Shown: positions 9,057 through 19,278, counted from the first letter of the stretch. The stretch is 64,000 bases of DNA from Kofleriaceae bacterium (GCA_046597055.1 JBKJLC010000103.1:12468-76467); one strand, 5' to 3'. Made by a program: numbers and translations. The notes: a model not told the origin generated them from the letters alone.

Positions 9057-11819
9057 GTGAAGTCCGTCAAGCACGCCGCGATCGCAACCGTCGTTCTCAC
9101 CCTGGGCATCGTCGTGAGCTACCTGCTCGGTCTGTGGGGCAGCCGCCCGGCCCCGCCCTCGGCGCCCACGGTGGCGGGCCCGGCGCGGCCCGTGGTCCCG
9201 ACCACCGCGGTGCCCGCAACCGGCGCGACCGCGGAGCCGGCCCCGCCCGCGCGCGACGACGATCCCCGCGGCGAGCTGCGGCTCGAGGGCATGGTGCTCG
9301 ACGCCAGCGAGCGCGGGGTGGGCGGGGCCCGGGTCGCGATCGACGCGGAGCCCGCGCGGGTGGTCGAGGCCGAGAGCGACGGCTCGTTCGTGTTCGACGG
9401 CCTGGTCGCGCGCGCCTACCGGCTCGAGGCCAGCGCCGGCGACCAGTACGCGGGGCCGGTGCGGCTCCGCCTGGCCGCGGGCGCCGAGCCGGTCGTGCTC
9501 CGGCTCCGCGCCGGCGGCACTGTCGAGGTCGCGGTCCGCGAGGCGCACGGTGACCAGCCGATGGCCGGCGCCGAGGTCGAGCTGCGCGGCACCCTGACCT
9601 GGTCGGGCACCACCGGCGGCGATGGCGTCGCGACCCTGCGCGGGGTCGGTCCGACCTGGGGCGCGCTGGTCGTCCGCGCGGCCGGCTTCGCGCCCGCCGC
9701 GACGATGGTGTCGATCGCCGGCGACCCGGCGGTGCCGGCGCGGTTCGCGTTCGCGCTGGCCCGCGGCGCCGCGGTCCGCGGCCGGGTGGTCGACGACGCC
9801 GGCGCGCCGATCGCCGGCGCCCGCGTGGTCGCGACCTCGGCGTCCGAGCCGTTCCCCGTCGTCGATCCCCGGCGCGACGGCGTGGTCACCGACGCCGCCG
9901 GCCGGTTCGAGGTCGCGGCGCTCGCTGCCGGTACCCACCGGCTCACCGCCAGCGATGGCGTGCACGCGCCGGCGGCGTCGTCGCCGCTGGTCGTCGACGG
10001 CGTGCACCCGCGCACCGGCGTGGAGCTGGTGCTTGCCGGGGGCGGTCGGGTGACCGGGATCGTGACCGACGCCGCCGGCGCGCCGATCGCCGGCGCCGAC
10101 ATCCGCGTGGTCACCGACGGCCACGTGCTCTGGCGTCCGCGCCGGCACGCCTTCAGCGACGCCGCCGGCCGGTTCGCGCTGGGCGGGCTGCCGCGTCGCC
10201 CGGTCGACGTGGTCGCCGCGCACACCAGCGGGACCTCGGCGATCGTCGCGGTCGATCTGGCCGCGACCGCCGAGCGCGAGCTCGCGCTGGTCCTCGACGT
10301 CACCGGCGCGATCGAGGGGATCGTGGTCGATCGGACCGGCCAGCCCATCGGCGACGCCGCGGTGACCGCCGAGCCGGTCGCGACCGGGGGCGTGGCCGAC
10401 GAGGCGGTGTGGTCGGTGCGCGGCGTCCCGCATGCGGTCACCGATCCCGACGGCCGCTTTCGCTTCGTCGGCCTGCCGGTCGCCGGGTACCAGGTCCGCG
10501 CCGCCCGCCCCGGCGCGCGCGCCGATGCGCTCCGACAGGGCGCGACCACCACCGCCCGGCCCGGCGACCCGGCGCTGCGGCTGGTCTTGCCGGCCGACGG
10601 CCAGGTGACCGGCAAGGTCGCGTTCGCCGACGGCCGCGCCCCCCTCGCGCTCACGATCGCGCTCGACGGTGGCCGCGCCACCCCGTCCGCGCGCTCCGAC
10701 GGCAGCTTCGCGGTCGACGTGGTCGCCGGCAGTCACCACGTCGTGATCGCCGGCGCCGGCTTCGTGCCGACCACGGTGCGCGCGGTGAAGGTGGAGGAGG
10801 GCAAGCCGACCGACCTCGGCACCATCACGGTGGTCGCCGGTCGCTCGATCAGCGGTCGCGTGCTCGACGGCCGCGGCCGCCCGGTCAAGGGCGCCCGGGT
10901 CGCCGCCGGCCCGCTGCTGACCGGCGGCGGCGCCGAGCTCTACATCGAGAGCGAGAGCCCGGGCGCCCGCGCCACCGAGACCGACGACGACGGCCGGTTC
11001 GTCATCAGCGGCTTCGGCCCGCGCCCGCTCACCGTGGTCGCCGGCAAGGACGGCGCCGGTCGCTCGCCGAGCGTCAGCGTGCCGCGCGGCCCCGACAGCG
11101 TCGTGCTCGACCTGATCCTGGCGCCGTCAGGGGCGGTCGCCGGCACCGTCACCCGCCACGGCGCGCCGGTCGCCGACACGGTCGTGATCGCGAATCCGGC
11201 CGGCAGCCCCGGCGCCAACTTCTTCGTGGTCACCGCGGCCGACGGCACGTTCGCCTTCGATGCCCTCACCGCCGGGAGCTACGTCGTCTTCCCGATGATC
11301 GGCGGCGGCGGCGGGCGCCCGAAGGACATGTTCATGCGCAAGGTCGAGGTCACCGCCGGCGCGCGCGCCGAGCTGACGATCGATCTGGCCCCCGGCGCGG
11401 GCAAGGTCGAGATCATGGTCGTGACCGAGGCCGCCACGCCGGTCGCGATCGCGCAGGTCGTGATGGTCCAGGCCGCGGTCACCGCGCCCAACCTCGAGCA
11501 GCTCCGCGACGGCAGCTGGATGCCGCCGGAGCTGGCCGCCGGCACGACGATCGCGCTCTACCTGCGCGCCGCGATGGGGCCGCCGGTCACGATCGAGTCG
11601 GTCGCGGCCGGCACCTACACCGCCTGCGCGGTGCCGTTCCCGGTCGCCGACGCCAGCCAGGCGATGACCATGATGGACGAGGCCGGCACCCTGCCGATGC
11701 AGTGCACCCCGGTCGTGGTCGCGGGCGCTGGCACCCGCCGGGTCACGATCGCGGTACCGGTCGCGTGGACCGTGCCGCGCGCACCCGCGCCATCCGCGCC
11801 GTCGCCATCCGCGCCGTGA
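9057..11819 (+). CDS. Membrane-anchored protein with tandem carboxypeptidase-regulatory-like beta-sandwich repeats
   Basis: N-terminal TM; repeated GxVxDxxGxP(I/V)xGAxV..TDxxGRF units. Confidence 0.85.
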   Translation: MKSVKHAAIATVVLTLGIVVSYLLGLWGSRPAPPSAPTVAGPARPVVPTTAVPATGATAEPAPPARDDDPRGELRLEGMVLDASERGVGGARVAIDAEPARVVEAESDGSFVFDGLVARAYRLEASAGDQYAGPVRLRLAAGAEPVVLRLRAGGTVEVAVREAHGDQPMAGAEVELRGTLTWSGTTGGDGVATLRGVGPTWGALVVRAAGFAPAATMVSIAGDPAVPARFAFALARGAAVRGRVVDDAGAPIAGARVVATSASEPFPVVDPRRDGVVTDAAGRFEVAALAAGTHRLTASDGVHAPAASSPLVVDGVHPRTGVELVLAGGGRVTGIVTDAAGAPIAGADIRVVTDGHVLWRPRRHAFSDAAGRFALGGLPRRPVDVVAAHTSGTSAIVAVDLAATAERELALVLDVTGAIEGIVVDRTGQPIGDAAVTAEPVATGGVADEAVWSVRGVPHAVTDPDGRFRFVGLPVAGYQVRAARPGARADALRQGATTTARPGDPALRLVLPADGQVTGKVAFADGRAPLALTIALDGGRATPSARSDGSFAVDVVAGSHHVVIAGAGFVPTTVRAVKVEEGKPTDLGTITVVAGRSISGRVLDGRGRPVKGARVAAGPLLTGGGAELYIESESPGARATETDDDGRFVISGFGPRPLTVVAGKDGAGRSPSVSVPRGPDSVVLDLILAPSGAVAGTVTRHGAPVADTVVIANPAGSPGANFFVVTAADGTFAFDALTAGSYVVFPMIGGGGGRPKDMFMRKVEVTAGARAELTIDLAPGAGKVEIMVVTEAATPVAIAQVVMVQAAVTAPNLEQLRDGSWMPPELAAGTTIALYLRAAMGPPVTIESVAAGTYTACAVPFPVADASQAMTMMDEAGTLPMQCTPVVVAGAGTRRVTIAVPVAWTVPRAPAPSAPSPSAP

Positions 11820-11829
11820 CCGCGGCCGG

Positions 11830-12099
11830 TCAGCGCCCGAAGCGTTCGATCGAGCGCGCCTTGGCCTTGCTCGCCTCGTCCTCGCGGTTGCGCGGCGGCG
11901 CCGGCGTGACCAGCGAGTCGACCAGCGCGCGGGCGACGACGAACACGTCCTCGACCGCCTGGCTGAACGCGGCCTCGTTGGCCCTGGACGGAATCGTGTA
12001 GCCGCTCAGCTTGCGAATGAACTGCAGCGACGCGGCCCGGACCTCGTCGTCGGTGGCCGGCGGCGCAAAGTTGAAGAGCGTCTTGATGTTGCGACACAT
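11830..12099 (-). CDS. DUF2277 family protein
   Basis: MCRNIKTLFNFAPPATDDEVRAASLQFIRKLSG signature. Confidence 0.85.
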   Translation of the reverse strand: MCRNIKTLFNFAPPATDDEVRAASLQFIRKLSGYTIPSRANEAAFSQAVEDVFVVARALVDSLVTPAPPRNREDEASKAKARSIERFGR

Positions 12100-12109
12100 G
12101 GCTCGGCCG

Positions 12110-14278
12110 TCAGTCTAGCGGCAGCGTGAAGAAGAACGTCGCGCCGGCGGCCGGCTCGCTCTCGGCCCAGATCCGTCCGCCGTGCGCCTCGACGATCCCC
12201 TTCGCGATGTACAGGCCCAGCCCGGCACCCGCGCTCTGGACCCGACGCGCCTGCCAGTAACGGTCGAAGATGTTCGCCAGCTCACTGGCGACGATACCGG
12301 GTCCGGTATCGCGGACCGCGAACCGCACCCATCCCGCCGTGCGGGTCGCGTCGAGCGTGACGCTGCCGCCAGCGGGCGTGAACTTGATCGCGTTGCCGAC
12401 CAGGTTCGAGAACACCTGGGACATGCGGGCTGGGTCGGCGACCACCCGGGCGTCGCCATCCCCGACCCAGGCCAGGACAACCGACTTGGCTTGCGCGATG
12501 GGGGTCAACATCGCCATGACCTCGGAGATCAGCGAGCTCACGGAGACCGGCGTCTGGGTCACCTCGAACCCCCCGGCCTCGATCTTGGCCAGATCGAGGA
12601 GATCGTGAATCAGGCCATCCATGCGCGAGACCGACCGCTGGATCCGCGAGAGGGTCGCGACGGCGTCGGGGTCGGCCGTGATCCGGGGCGCGAGCGAGGC
12701 GATCGAGAGGCGAAGGACCTGGAGCGGATTCTTCAGATCGTGCGAGAGCACGGCGACCATCTCGTCGCGCAGCGTGATCGCCTGCGCCGCACGCGCGATC
12801 TGCTTGACCAGGTCGGCTTCGATCGCGTGGCGCCGGAGATCTCCGGCTGCCTCGATCTCGACGCGCGACCAGGGATGGGCACGCGCTCGCACGACCTCCC
12901 GCCAGGCGTCGAACGAGTGGCGGGGATGCAGGCGTCCGCCCGACTCGACCGGCTTCGTTGGATCGCCGGCCCAGGTCACGGTCCTGACCACCTCGGGGCG
13001 AAACCAGCACACGTGCGAGGGAGGGGTGCCGGGCAACGTCATCGCGAGGAGTCCGCTGGCGCGATCGGCGTAGTCGGCGGCCGGCCCGTGACGCAGACTG
13101 AGCGAGTCCGTGTGCAGGATGCCGCTCGACCCTTGCGTGGTCAGCCAGTCCACGATCGCCGCCAGCTGCGCCGGATCCGGCGTGCCGCCGACGGTGTGGA
13201 TGCCATGCCCCGTGCACACCGCCGCGCCGGTCGCACCCACGAGCTGCAGCAGGAGGTCCCCGCGCTGCAGGAGCGCGGTCGCCACGTCCGTGGCTGCGTC
13301 ACGGATCACCTCCGCGAGCCCGGCCTCGGTCCCGCGGAGGGCATCCCGGCGTGCGCGCGACTCGAGCTGCGCTTGCGCGGCCAGCTGCAGCGACACGACG
13401 CGACCGATCACCTCGCAGGCCGCCCGGGCGGCGAGGCTGAGGTGGCGCGGCGCGCGATGATGACAGGCGATCAGTCCCCACAACGTCTCCGCGTGCACCA
13501 GCGAGACGCTCATCGAAGCGCCGACGCCCATGTTCCGCAGATACTCGAGGTGGAGCGGCGACACGCTGCGCAAGGTCGCAAACGACAGATCCAGCGCACC
13601 GCCGGTATCGGGGCGCTGCGCCGGGACCAGCGCGACCGCCTGGTAGCTCGAGTCCGGGATCAGCCGGAGCCAGTTCTGCAGATACATCGCGCGCGCCTGG
13701 CGCGGGATGTCACTGGCCGGGAAGCGATAGCCCCGGTACGAGTCGACGCCCTCGGCGAGGGTCTCCTCGATCACGTCGCCATGCCCCTCGTCATCGAATC
13801 GATAGAGGAGAATCCGGTCGAAGCCGGTGAGCGCGCTCACCGCGTCGACCGCGATCTTGCAGAGCTCGACCACGCTGTTCGAACGCTGCAGGTGCGCCAG
13901 GGCGGTCCGGAGCGCCGCATCGCTGGAAGCTGCGTGCTCGTCGTGCCGCTCCAGCTCGAGGATCGCGAGGCCTTGATGCCGGTGCGCGCGCGCGTCGAAG
14001 CGAGCTCCCTCGACCGCGAGCGCGAAGGGCTCACCGGCGGTCGAGCTCGCGAGGCTGACCCCGGCCAGCGCAGCCTCCGCCGCCGGCCCGAGGAGCGCGG
14101 CCAGCGGGCGATGGAGGACGGCCCCGGGCGCGACGCCGAAGAAGTCGGCCGAATTGGCGCTGACCTGGAGGATCTCGAGCGTCTCCGGGGCGAGCGCGAC
14201 GAGCACGCCGTGCGGCTGGATGGCCCCCGGGATGTGGATCGGCTCGACGTCGCAGGTGCTGACGTCGGGCACCGTCAC
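12110..14278 (-). CDS. bphP: Bacteriophytochrome histidine kinase (PAS-GAF-PHY-HisKA-HATPase)
   Basis: STCDVEPIHIPGAIQPHG (biliverdin Cys), PASDIP, RSVSPLHLEYLRNMGV, PRHSF, SHDLKNPL, NAIKFT, GLGLYI; GTG start overlaps bphO stop (GTGA). Confidence 0.95.
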   Translation of the reverse strand: MTVPDVSTCDVEPIHIPGAIQPHGVLVALAPETLEILQVSANSADFFGVAPGAVLHRPLAALLGPAAEAALAGVSLASSTAGEPFALAVEGARFDARAHRHQGLAILELERHDEHAASSDAALRTALAHLQRSNSVVELCKIAVDAVSALTGFDRILLYRFDDEGHGDVIEETLAEGVDSYRGYRFPASDIPRQARAMYLQNWLRLIPDSSYQAVALVPAQRPDTGGALDLSFATLRSVSPLHLEYLRNMGVGASMSVSLVHAETLWGLIACHHRAPRHLSLAARAACEVIGRVVSLQLAAQAQLESRARRDALRGTEAGLAEVIRDAATDVATALLQRGDLLLQLVGATGAAVCTGHGIHTVGGTPDPAQLAAIVDWLTTQGSSGILHTDSLSLRHGPAADYADRASGLLAMTLPGTPPSHVCWFRPEVVRTVTWAGDPTKPVESGGRLHPRHSFDAWREVVRARAHPWSRVEIEAAGDLRRHAIEADLVKQIARAAQAITLRDEMVAVLSHDLKNPLQVLRLSIASLAPRITADPDAVATLSRIQRSVSRMDGLIHDLLDLAKIEAGGFEVTQTPVSVSSLISEVMAMLTPIAQAKSVVLAWVGDGDARVVADPARMSQVFSNLVGNAIKFTPAGGSVTLDATRTAGWVRFAVRDTGPGIVASELANIFDRYWQARRVQSAGAGLGLYIAKGIVEAHGGRIWAESEPAAGATFFFTLPLD

Positions 14279-14940
14279 GCGGGGCCCGAGCGGGCTTCCA
14301 GCCACTCCGTCAAGGTCTCGAAGGTATGAACCGCAGCGCGTACGGCGGCGTCCGTCTCGAGGGTCGTCGAGTGGTTGACGTGGTCGACGAAGCGCGTCCA
14401 CATCGCCCCGGTGGTCGCGCCATACCCCGTGAAAAAGGCGGCGCCGCTGGCGGCATCGAGCTCGAGCCGGTCGCGCAGGTGCTTACGAATGATCTGACCA
14501 CCGAGCGTCGACCCCTCGATGACATAGAGGATGCCGAGCGCGTGCGATGCGCTGTCGAGCACGGGCAGGTCGCGGCAGCGCGGCAGCGCCTCGATCTGGG
14601 CCGACGTCACCCCGAGCGCGCGCAGGTCGGTCGCGAGGAGCGGGAGCTTGGCCCGCAGGTCGAGCGCGAGCGCCGCGCCCTCCGCGGCGGCCGCGCGTGC
14701 GAGCGCGGGCTCGAGCGGCGCGTAGAAGCCATAGAACGCTTCGACCACGCGCGTGTAGCGAGCACGTGTGAGTCCAGGCTCGAGCAGCGGCAACACCCGT
14801 TCGATGCGGGTGTGCACGTCCTGCGTCGCTTCGCGCAGCACCTGCATGCGCGTGACCTCGCGCGTCGGGGTCGCGACCAGGACCGGCCGTGCGCCGTCGT
14901 CGCTCGGAGCAGATGCCACGTGAATTGAAACAGAGCGCAT
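14275..14940 (-). CDS. bphO: Biliverdin-producing heme oxygenase
   Basis: LREATQDVHTRIE, LYVIEGSTLGGQII, FFTGYG; coupled to bphP; start uncertain. Confidence 0.92.
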   Translation of the reverse strand: MRSVSIHVASAPSDDGARPVLVATPTREVTRMQVLREATQDVHTRIERVLPLLEPGLTRARYTRVVEAFYGFYAPLEPALARAAAAEGAALALDLRAKLPLLATDLRALGVTSAQIEALPRCRDLPVLDSASHALGILYVIEGSTLGGQIIRKHLRDRLELDAASGAAFFTGYGATTGAMWTRFVDHVNHSTTLETDAAVRAAVHTFETLTEWLEARSGPA

Positions 14941-15121
14941 GGCACGCGATCGCAGGCTTCGCTGATACGCCCGGGAGTCCGCGATGTCAATGCGCGCCTC
15001 CGCTCGCTCGCGGCAGGTACCTGGTGAATATCGCAGGCGATCCGACGTACCCGGGCCAGCTCGCTGGGCCTGGTTCGCGCCCGATCCGTGCCGACCAGGG
15101 CCGGCTCGCCTCCGGCTCGGT

Positions 15122-16555
15122 TCAGTCGAGCTCGACGAAGCGGGTCGCGCTGCTGTCGCGGTCGCCACCGGCCGACGCGTCGACCACGAGCGAGCGCGTG
15201 AGGACGTTGTCACCGGTCGCCGGGTCCCACCCGCCGGTGTTGGCGAACCGGATGGCGTAGCGCGGATCCTTGGCGATGCTCGACGACGCGTCCGGCATGC
15301 GCAGCGCCAGCGTGTACGTGCCCGCGGCCAGGCTGGCCGGCACCCGCAGGCGCGCGGTCACGGTGGTCTTCAGGCCGGCCGGGAGCCGGCGGGCATCGAG
15401 CCCGATGCGCGCGACGTGGCGGATCGTGCCCCGGGTCAGCACGACCTCGACCGGTCGCGCGTTGAACGGCACCGCGAAGCCGCGGTTGCGCAGGTCGACC
15501 TCGACGGTGAGCACACCACCCGGGGCGACCGCCGCGCTGTGGGCGACCCGGCGGAGCACGAAGCGGTAGCCCAGGTTCCGACGGATGGTGGCGTCACAGC
15601 CTTCGTTGACCCAGCTCGAGATGACCGACGCCTTGTACTGCCGGTTGAGATACGAATAGTGAAGGTTCTGCATCTCGGCGACCGCCGCAGCGCAGCTGGT
15701 CTTCGGCGCGTAGATCTGGCAGGTCTCGCCGCCCATCGGCGCGTACAGGGTGTCCTGCGCGACGTACGAGGTCCAGGTGGTCACCGGCGACGCGTAGGTG
15801 CCGAGGTCGCTGGGGCTGGCGAGGAAGCAGTCGTTGTGGTGGCCGATGCGCGAGCGTGACGAGCCCGAGTAGGCCTCGGTCGCCGAGATCGCGCCGGTCC
15901 GGTACGCCGCCTTGTACATCGGGGTCCGCACCTGCACGCTGCGCGTCGACGGCAGCGCCGTCAGCAGCGCGGCCAGGACCTCGCCGCGCGCGGTGGGGTT
16001 GTCGAGCCCGTTGGTCGAGCCGTGCCACTCGCCCCACGCGCCGATGAAGCCGGCCTGCATCACCGCGATCACGTCGGCGTTCTCGCGCAGCACCGGCGCC
16101 AGCTGGTTGATGTGCGCGAGCATGCGCGACTTCGTGGCGTCCGCGGCGAACGAGGCGTTGTACGCGAACCGGAGCACCAGCTTGATACCGGCCGCGCGCG
16201 CCCGCGCGAAGCCCGCGCGCAGGGTGGTGAGGAGCGCGTCGTCGAGCGACCGATCGCGGTAGCCCTCGAGGTTCACGATCGAGATGGCCAGCGTGTAGCC
16301 GGCGGCCCGGATCGGCGTCGCGTCGCTCCCGCCGAGCAGGTTGTAGCCGATGTAGTAGCCACGCTCGGGGTTGGCGAAGTCCTCGGTCGACTCCCCCGGC
16401 TCGAACGAGACCATCGGGCCGTCCGCGGTGGTGATCAGCTCACTGCTGGTTTCCCCGAGGCTCGACTCGTCGGCGTCGTTGCCGTCTTGCAGATCGGTGC
16501 ACGCACCGAGCGCGAGCGCGAGGGAGATGGCCGCAATGGTTACTGCCAGTTTCAT
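15122..16555 (-). CDS. DUF4874/DUF4832 domain lipoprotein (putative glycoside hydrolase fold)
   Basis: Lipobox LGAC; FANPERG, KLVLRFAY, GFIGAWGEWH, GHHNDCFL, GGETC, LGYRF. Confidence 0.8.
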   Translation of the reverse strand: MKLAVTIAAISLALALGACTDLQDGNDADESSLGETSSELITTADGPMVSFEPGESTEDFANPERGYYIGYNLLGGSDATPIRAAGYTLAISIVNLEGYRDRSLDDALLTTLRAGFARARAAGIKLVLRFAYNASFAADATKSRMLAHINQLAPVLRENADVIAVMQAGFIGAWGEWHGSTNGLDNPTARGEVLAALLTALPSTRSVQVRTPMYKAAYRTGAISATEAYSGSSRSRIGHHNDCFLASPSDLGTYASPVTTWTSYVAQDTLYAPMGGETCQIYAPKTSCAAAVAEMQNLHYSYLNRQYKASVISSWVNEGCDATIRRNLGYRFVLRRVAHSAAVAPGGVLTVEVDLRNRGFAVPFNARPVEVVLTRGTIRHVARIGLDARRLPAGLKTTVTARLRVPASLAAGTYTLALRMPDASSSIAKDPRYAIRFANTGGWDPATGDNVLTRSLVVDASAGGDRDSSATRFVELD

Positions 16556-17116
16556 TGCGGCGGAAGTTAGGCGTTGAAGATCCACCAGGCCACGTATGAA
16601 TTCACGCACCTGCAGCGCCAGGTCTCACGCGTGACTCCATGCCGGCACCTGTATGTGCGAGATAAGAGTGCGTGAACGGAGCTGGTCAGTTCAGGACTGT
16701 AACCGAGCGTTCGATCCTGGGCGAAACCTTGCGAATATCTGGGGCTTACCGCGCAATCTTCGGGCCAATGGCGTGGTCCTGCGGGCGTCATCACTCACGG
16801 CCTCCGCGGACGATTTCGGGCGATCCCCGTGCACGCCGCTGACGTCCGTCGCCGCGGGGTGACCTCGCGCGGGAAGAATGCCTATCTGGCTACGAGATTC
16901 TGGCAGCTGCCCACGACGCCCACGACGGCACCTCGATCCATCGAGGCGGCTCCCGCGCCGCGCGTAGTTGCGGCGGAGCGCTGTCGGCAAGCCTTGCGCG
17001 CCGGCCGCGCGTTCTGCGCGGGGGCGCGGCTACCGTCCGGGCCAGCGACCCCCAAGGCGGCGGGCGGCGGAACGCGACACGAGCGCCCGGGTCCGAGGGT
17101 TGCTATGTTCACGCGC

Positions 17117-17566
17117 ATGTTCGCCCGTACGCTTGCGACCCTCGTCCTCGGTAGCGCCACGCTCATGGGCTGCGACTCCGGCAGCGGCGCCAGGACCACC
17201 GGGACGCCATCCCAGGCCACGGTGGTGGCGCCGCCGGCGCCCGCCCCGTCGACCGCCGCGGCTCCGTCAGTGGCGGCGACGTCCGCGCTCACCCGGGTCG
17301 AGGACGTGACCAAGGTCTGCATGGTGACCGATCAGTTCATGGGCACCGCCCAGATCCCGGTTGAGGTGGGCGGCAAGACCTATTATGGCTGTTGCGAGAT
17401 GTGCAAGGCGCGCCTCGCCAACGAAGCCCAGACCCGCACGGCCAAGGACCCGGTCACCGGCGAGGAGGTCGACAAGTCGGTCGCCGTGATCGGCCGCGAT
17501 GCCGCCGGCAAGCTTCACTACTTCGCCAGCCCCGCGAACCTCGCTCGCTACCAGCCCACGCTGTGA
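17117..17566 (+). CDS. YHS/TRASH metal-binding lipoprotein
   Basis: Lipobox LMGC; VCMVTD..GKTYYGCCEMC..DPVTG..YFAS. Confidence 0.8.
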   Translation: MFARTLATLVLGSATLMGCDSGSGARTTGTPSQATVVAPPAPAPSTAAAPSVAATSALTRVEDVTKVCMVTDQFMGTAQIPVEVGGKTYYGCCEMCKARLANEAQTRTAKDPVTGEEVDKSVAVIGRDAAGKLHYFASPANLARYQPTL

Positions 17567-17590
17567 CCTGCCGGTCGCCCAACGGCCGGC

Positions 17591-18658
17591 CTACGGCAGG
17601 GTCAGCAGCGCGCTGCGCGACAGGGCAAAGGCTTGATCGGCGGTCAGGGTGGTCCCGCGGGTCATGAGGTTGCTCGCGCCCGGCAGCGTGTCGTCGAGCG
17701 GATCCGGGTAGCGCGCGCCCGATACGCCCACGTTCTCGACGTGCTGGAGCGCGAGGAAGTGACAGAGCTCGTGCGCGACCACCCGGCCAGTCTGGCTGTC
17801 GGTGTCGGCCGGCCGCACCAGCACGCCGAAGTAGTAGCTGCCGCGCAGCGACGGCCCCGGAGTGCCGAGGCTGAGGCCGGCCACCCCGGTCGGCAGGCTC
17901 TCGACCACGAACAGATCGAGCGCGTCGCCGGAGAGGCGGCCCTCGGTGAGCGCCGGCAGCATCGCCGACAGGCTCTGCGGCGCCTCCTGCGGCTCGCTAC
18001 CCTCGGTGATGTGCTCGAGTGCCGTCCCCGGGATCGTCAGGACCTGATCGACCACGACCGTGAGGCCGGCGGGCCCGAGCAAGCCCTGCACCTCGTCGAG
18101 GAAGCTCGGCGGCGACGCGATCGCGATCGTGTCCGAGACCACGACCACGTTCAGGTGCAGCGTGCGCCCGCCATCGTCGGCCGGCAGCAGGACCGTCACC
18201 GTCACCGGTCCCGGCCGATCGCTGGCCACCCGCAGCGACCAGGCGCCGGTGGTCGCGTCCTGCCCCGGCCGGTATGGATAGACGTGCGTGAACGTGCCAA
18301 GCCGGATGCTCTGGTACAGCTCACCCGGCATGTGGCCGATCTGCTCGTCGTCGTACGAGGCCCGCATCGCCGGCCCCGGCGCGCCGGCCGGGAGCCCGAC
18401 CCGGTCGATCCCGTCGGGCCCGCGCAGGGCGCCGATCGCGTAGAGGGCGTCGCTGGCCCCGGTCACGACCACCGTCATCGAGCGCGTCATCGGCGGGATC
18501 TCGAACGCCACCTCGTCCGACCGCCCGTCCGCGCCCACGGTCGTCATGAACTGCAGCCGCCGGGCCGGGGCGGCGTCGACCGGGGGCTCGTCCTCCGGCG
18601 CCTCACCACAGCCCGCCAGCCCGAACATTGCCATCAGGATCGCCGTGACCGAGCGCAT
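17591..18658 (-). CDS. Lipoprotein with metzincin-like zinc metallopeptidase motif
   Basis: Lipobox LAGC; AHELCHFLALQH and Met-turn-like NLM. Confidence 0.7.
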   Translation of the reverse strand: MRSVTAILMAMFGLAGCGEAPEDEPPVDAAPARRLQFMTTVGADGRSDEVAFEIPPMTRSMTVVVTGASDALYAIGALRGPDGIDRVGLPAGAPGPAMRASYDDEQIGHMPGELYQSIRLGTFTHVYPYRPGQDATTGAWSLRVASDRPGPVTVTVLLPADDGGRTLHLNVVVVSDTIAIASPPSFLDEVQGLLGPAGLTVVVDQVLTIPGTALEHITEGSEPQEAPQSLSAMLPALTEGRLSGDALDLFVVESLPTGVAGLSLGTPGPSLRGSYYFGVLVRPADTDSQTGRVVAHELCHFLALQHVENVGVSGARYPDPLDDTLPGASNLMTRGTTLTADQAFALSRSALLTLP

Positions 18659-18800
18659 GGTCCGAGCGAATACACCATCGTCACCAGCGCGGGAAGCGCC
18701 CCGCGGTTGCGTCCGCCGACCCTGGTGAAAAAGCGCCGGGGCCGCGCCACGAGCGTCGAAGGGCCACCAGGTACCACGCGAGGTTCACGGACTTGCACGC

Positions 18801-18816
18801 TGGTCCGCCGGCTGCA
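18801..18816 (+). promoter_or_regulatory. Putative sigma54 -24/-12 promoter
   Basis: TGGTCCGCCGGCTGCA (GG-N10-GC), 12 nt before ATG 18829. Confidence 0.45.
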
Positions 18817-18828
18817 ACTGCCAAACCC

Positions 18829-19278
18829 ATGCCCTCGACTCCCATCGTCGCCGCCTCCCTCCTCGCCGCCGCGCTGGTGACCATCACGGGCTCGCGCGCC
18901 GCGCTGGCTTGCCACAGCGAGCCATGCAGTGCCCAGGTTCACCCGCTCAGCGCGCTATCCATCGCCGCCGACCTCGCGATCCTGGGTCTCGACGCCCACT
19001 ACGCGGGGCGGGACGCGCGCCCCAACCGCGCGTACGGCGCGGCCGAGGTCGGACTCGGGCTGATCCAGTACGTCGGCGCGGCCGCGCTGGTCCTGGACGA
19101 CGGCAACAACTACCAGCACGTCGCCACGGTCCAGGTCGTCGCCGCCAGCGCCGTCCTCTTGCACGGGACCTACGTGCTGATTCGCGGCGGCAAGTCGGCT
19201 CCGGCCGAGCGCGCGGTCTCGTTCGCTCCGACCGTGAGCGACAGCGGCGCCGGGCTCGCCGCCTTCGGTCGGTTCTAG
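18829..19278 (+). CDS. Secreted/membrane hypothetical protein ending ..GLAAFGRF
   Basis: Signal peptide, hydrophobic helices, C-terminal Phe. Confidence 0.65.
   Translation: MPSTPIVAASLLAAALVTITGSRAALACHSEPCSAQVHPLSALSIAADLAILGLDAHYAGRDARPNRAYGAAEVGLGLIQYVGAAALVLDDGNNYQHVATVQVVAASAVLLHGTYVLIRGGKSAPAERAVSFAPTVSDSGAGLAAFGRF

Noticed and set aside
14940..14955. Sigma54 promoter near bphO
   Set aside because: Wrong strand and GG-N9-GC spacing
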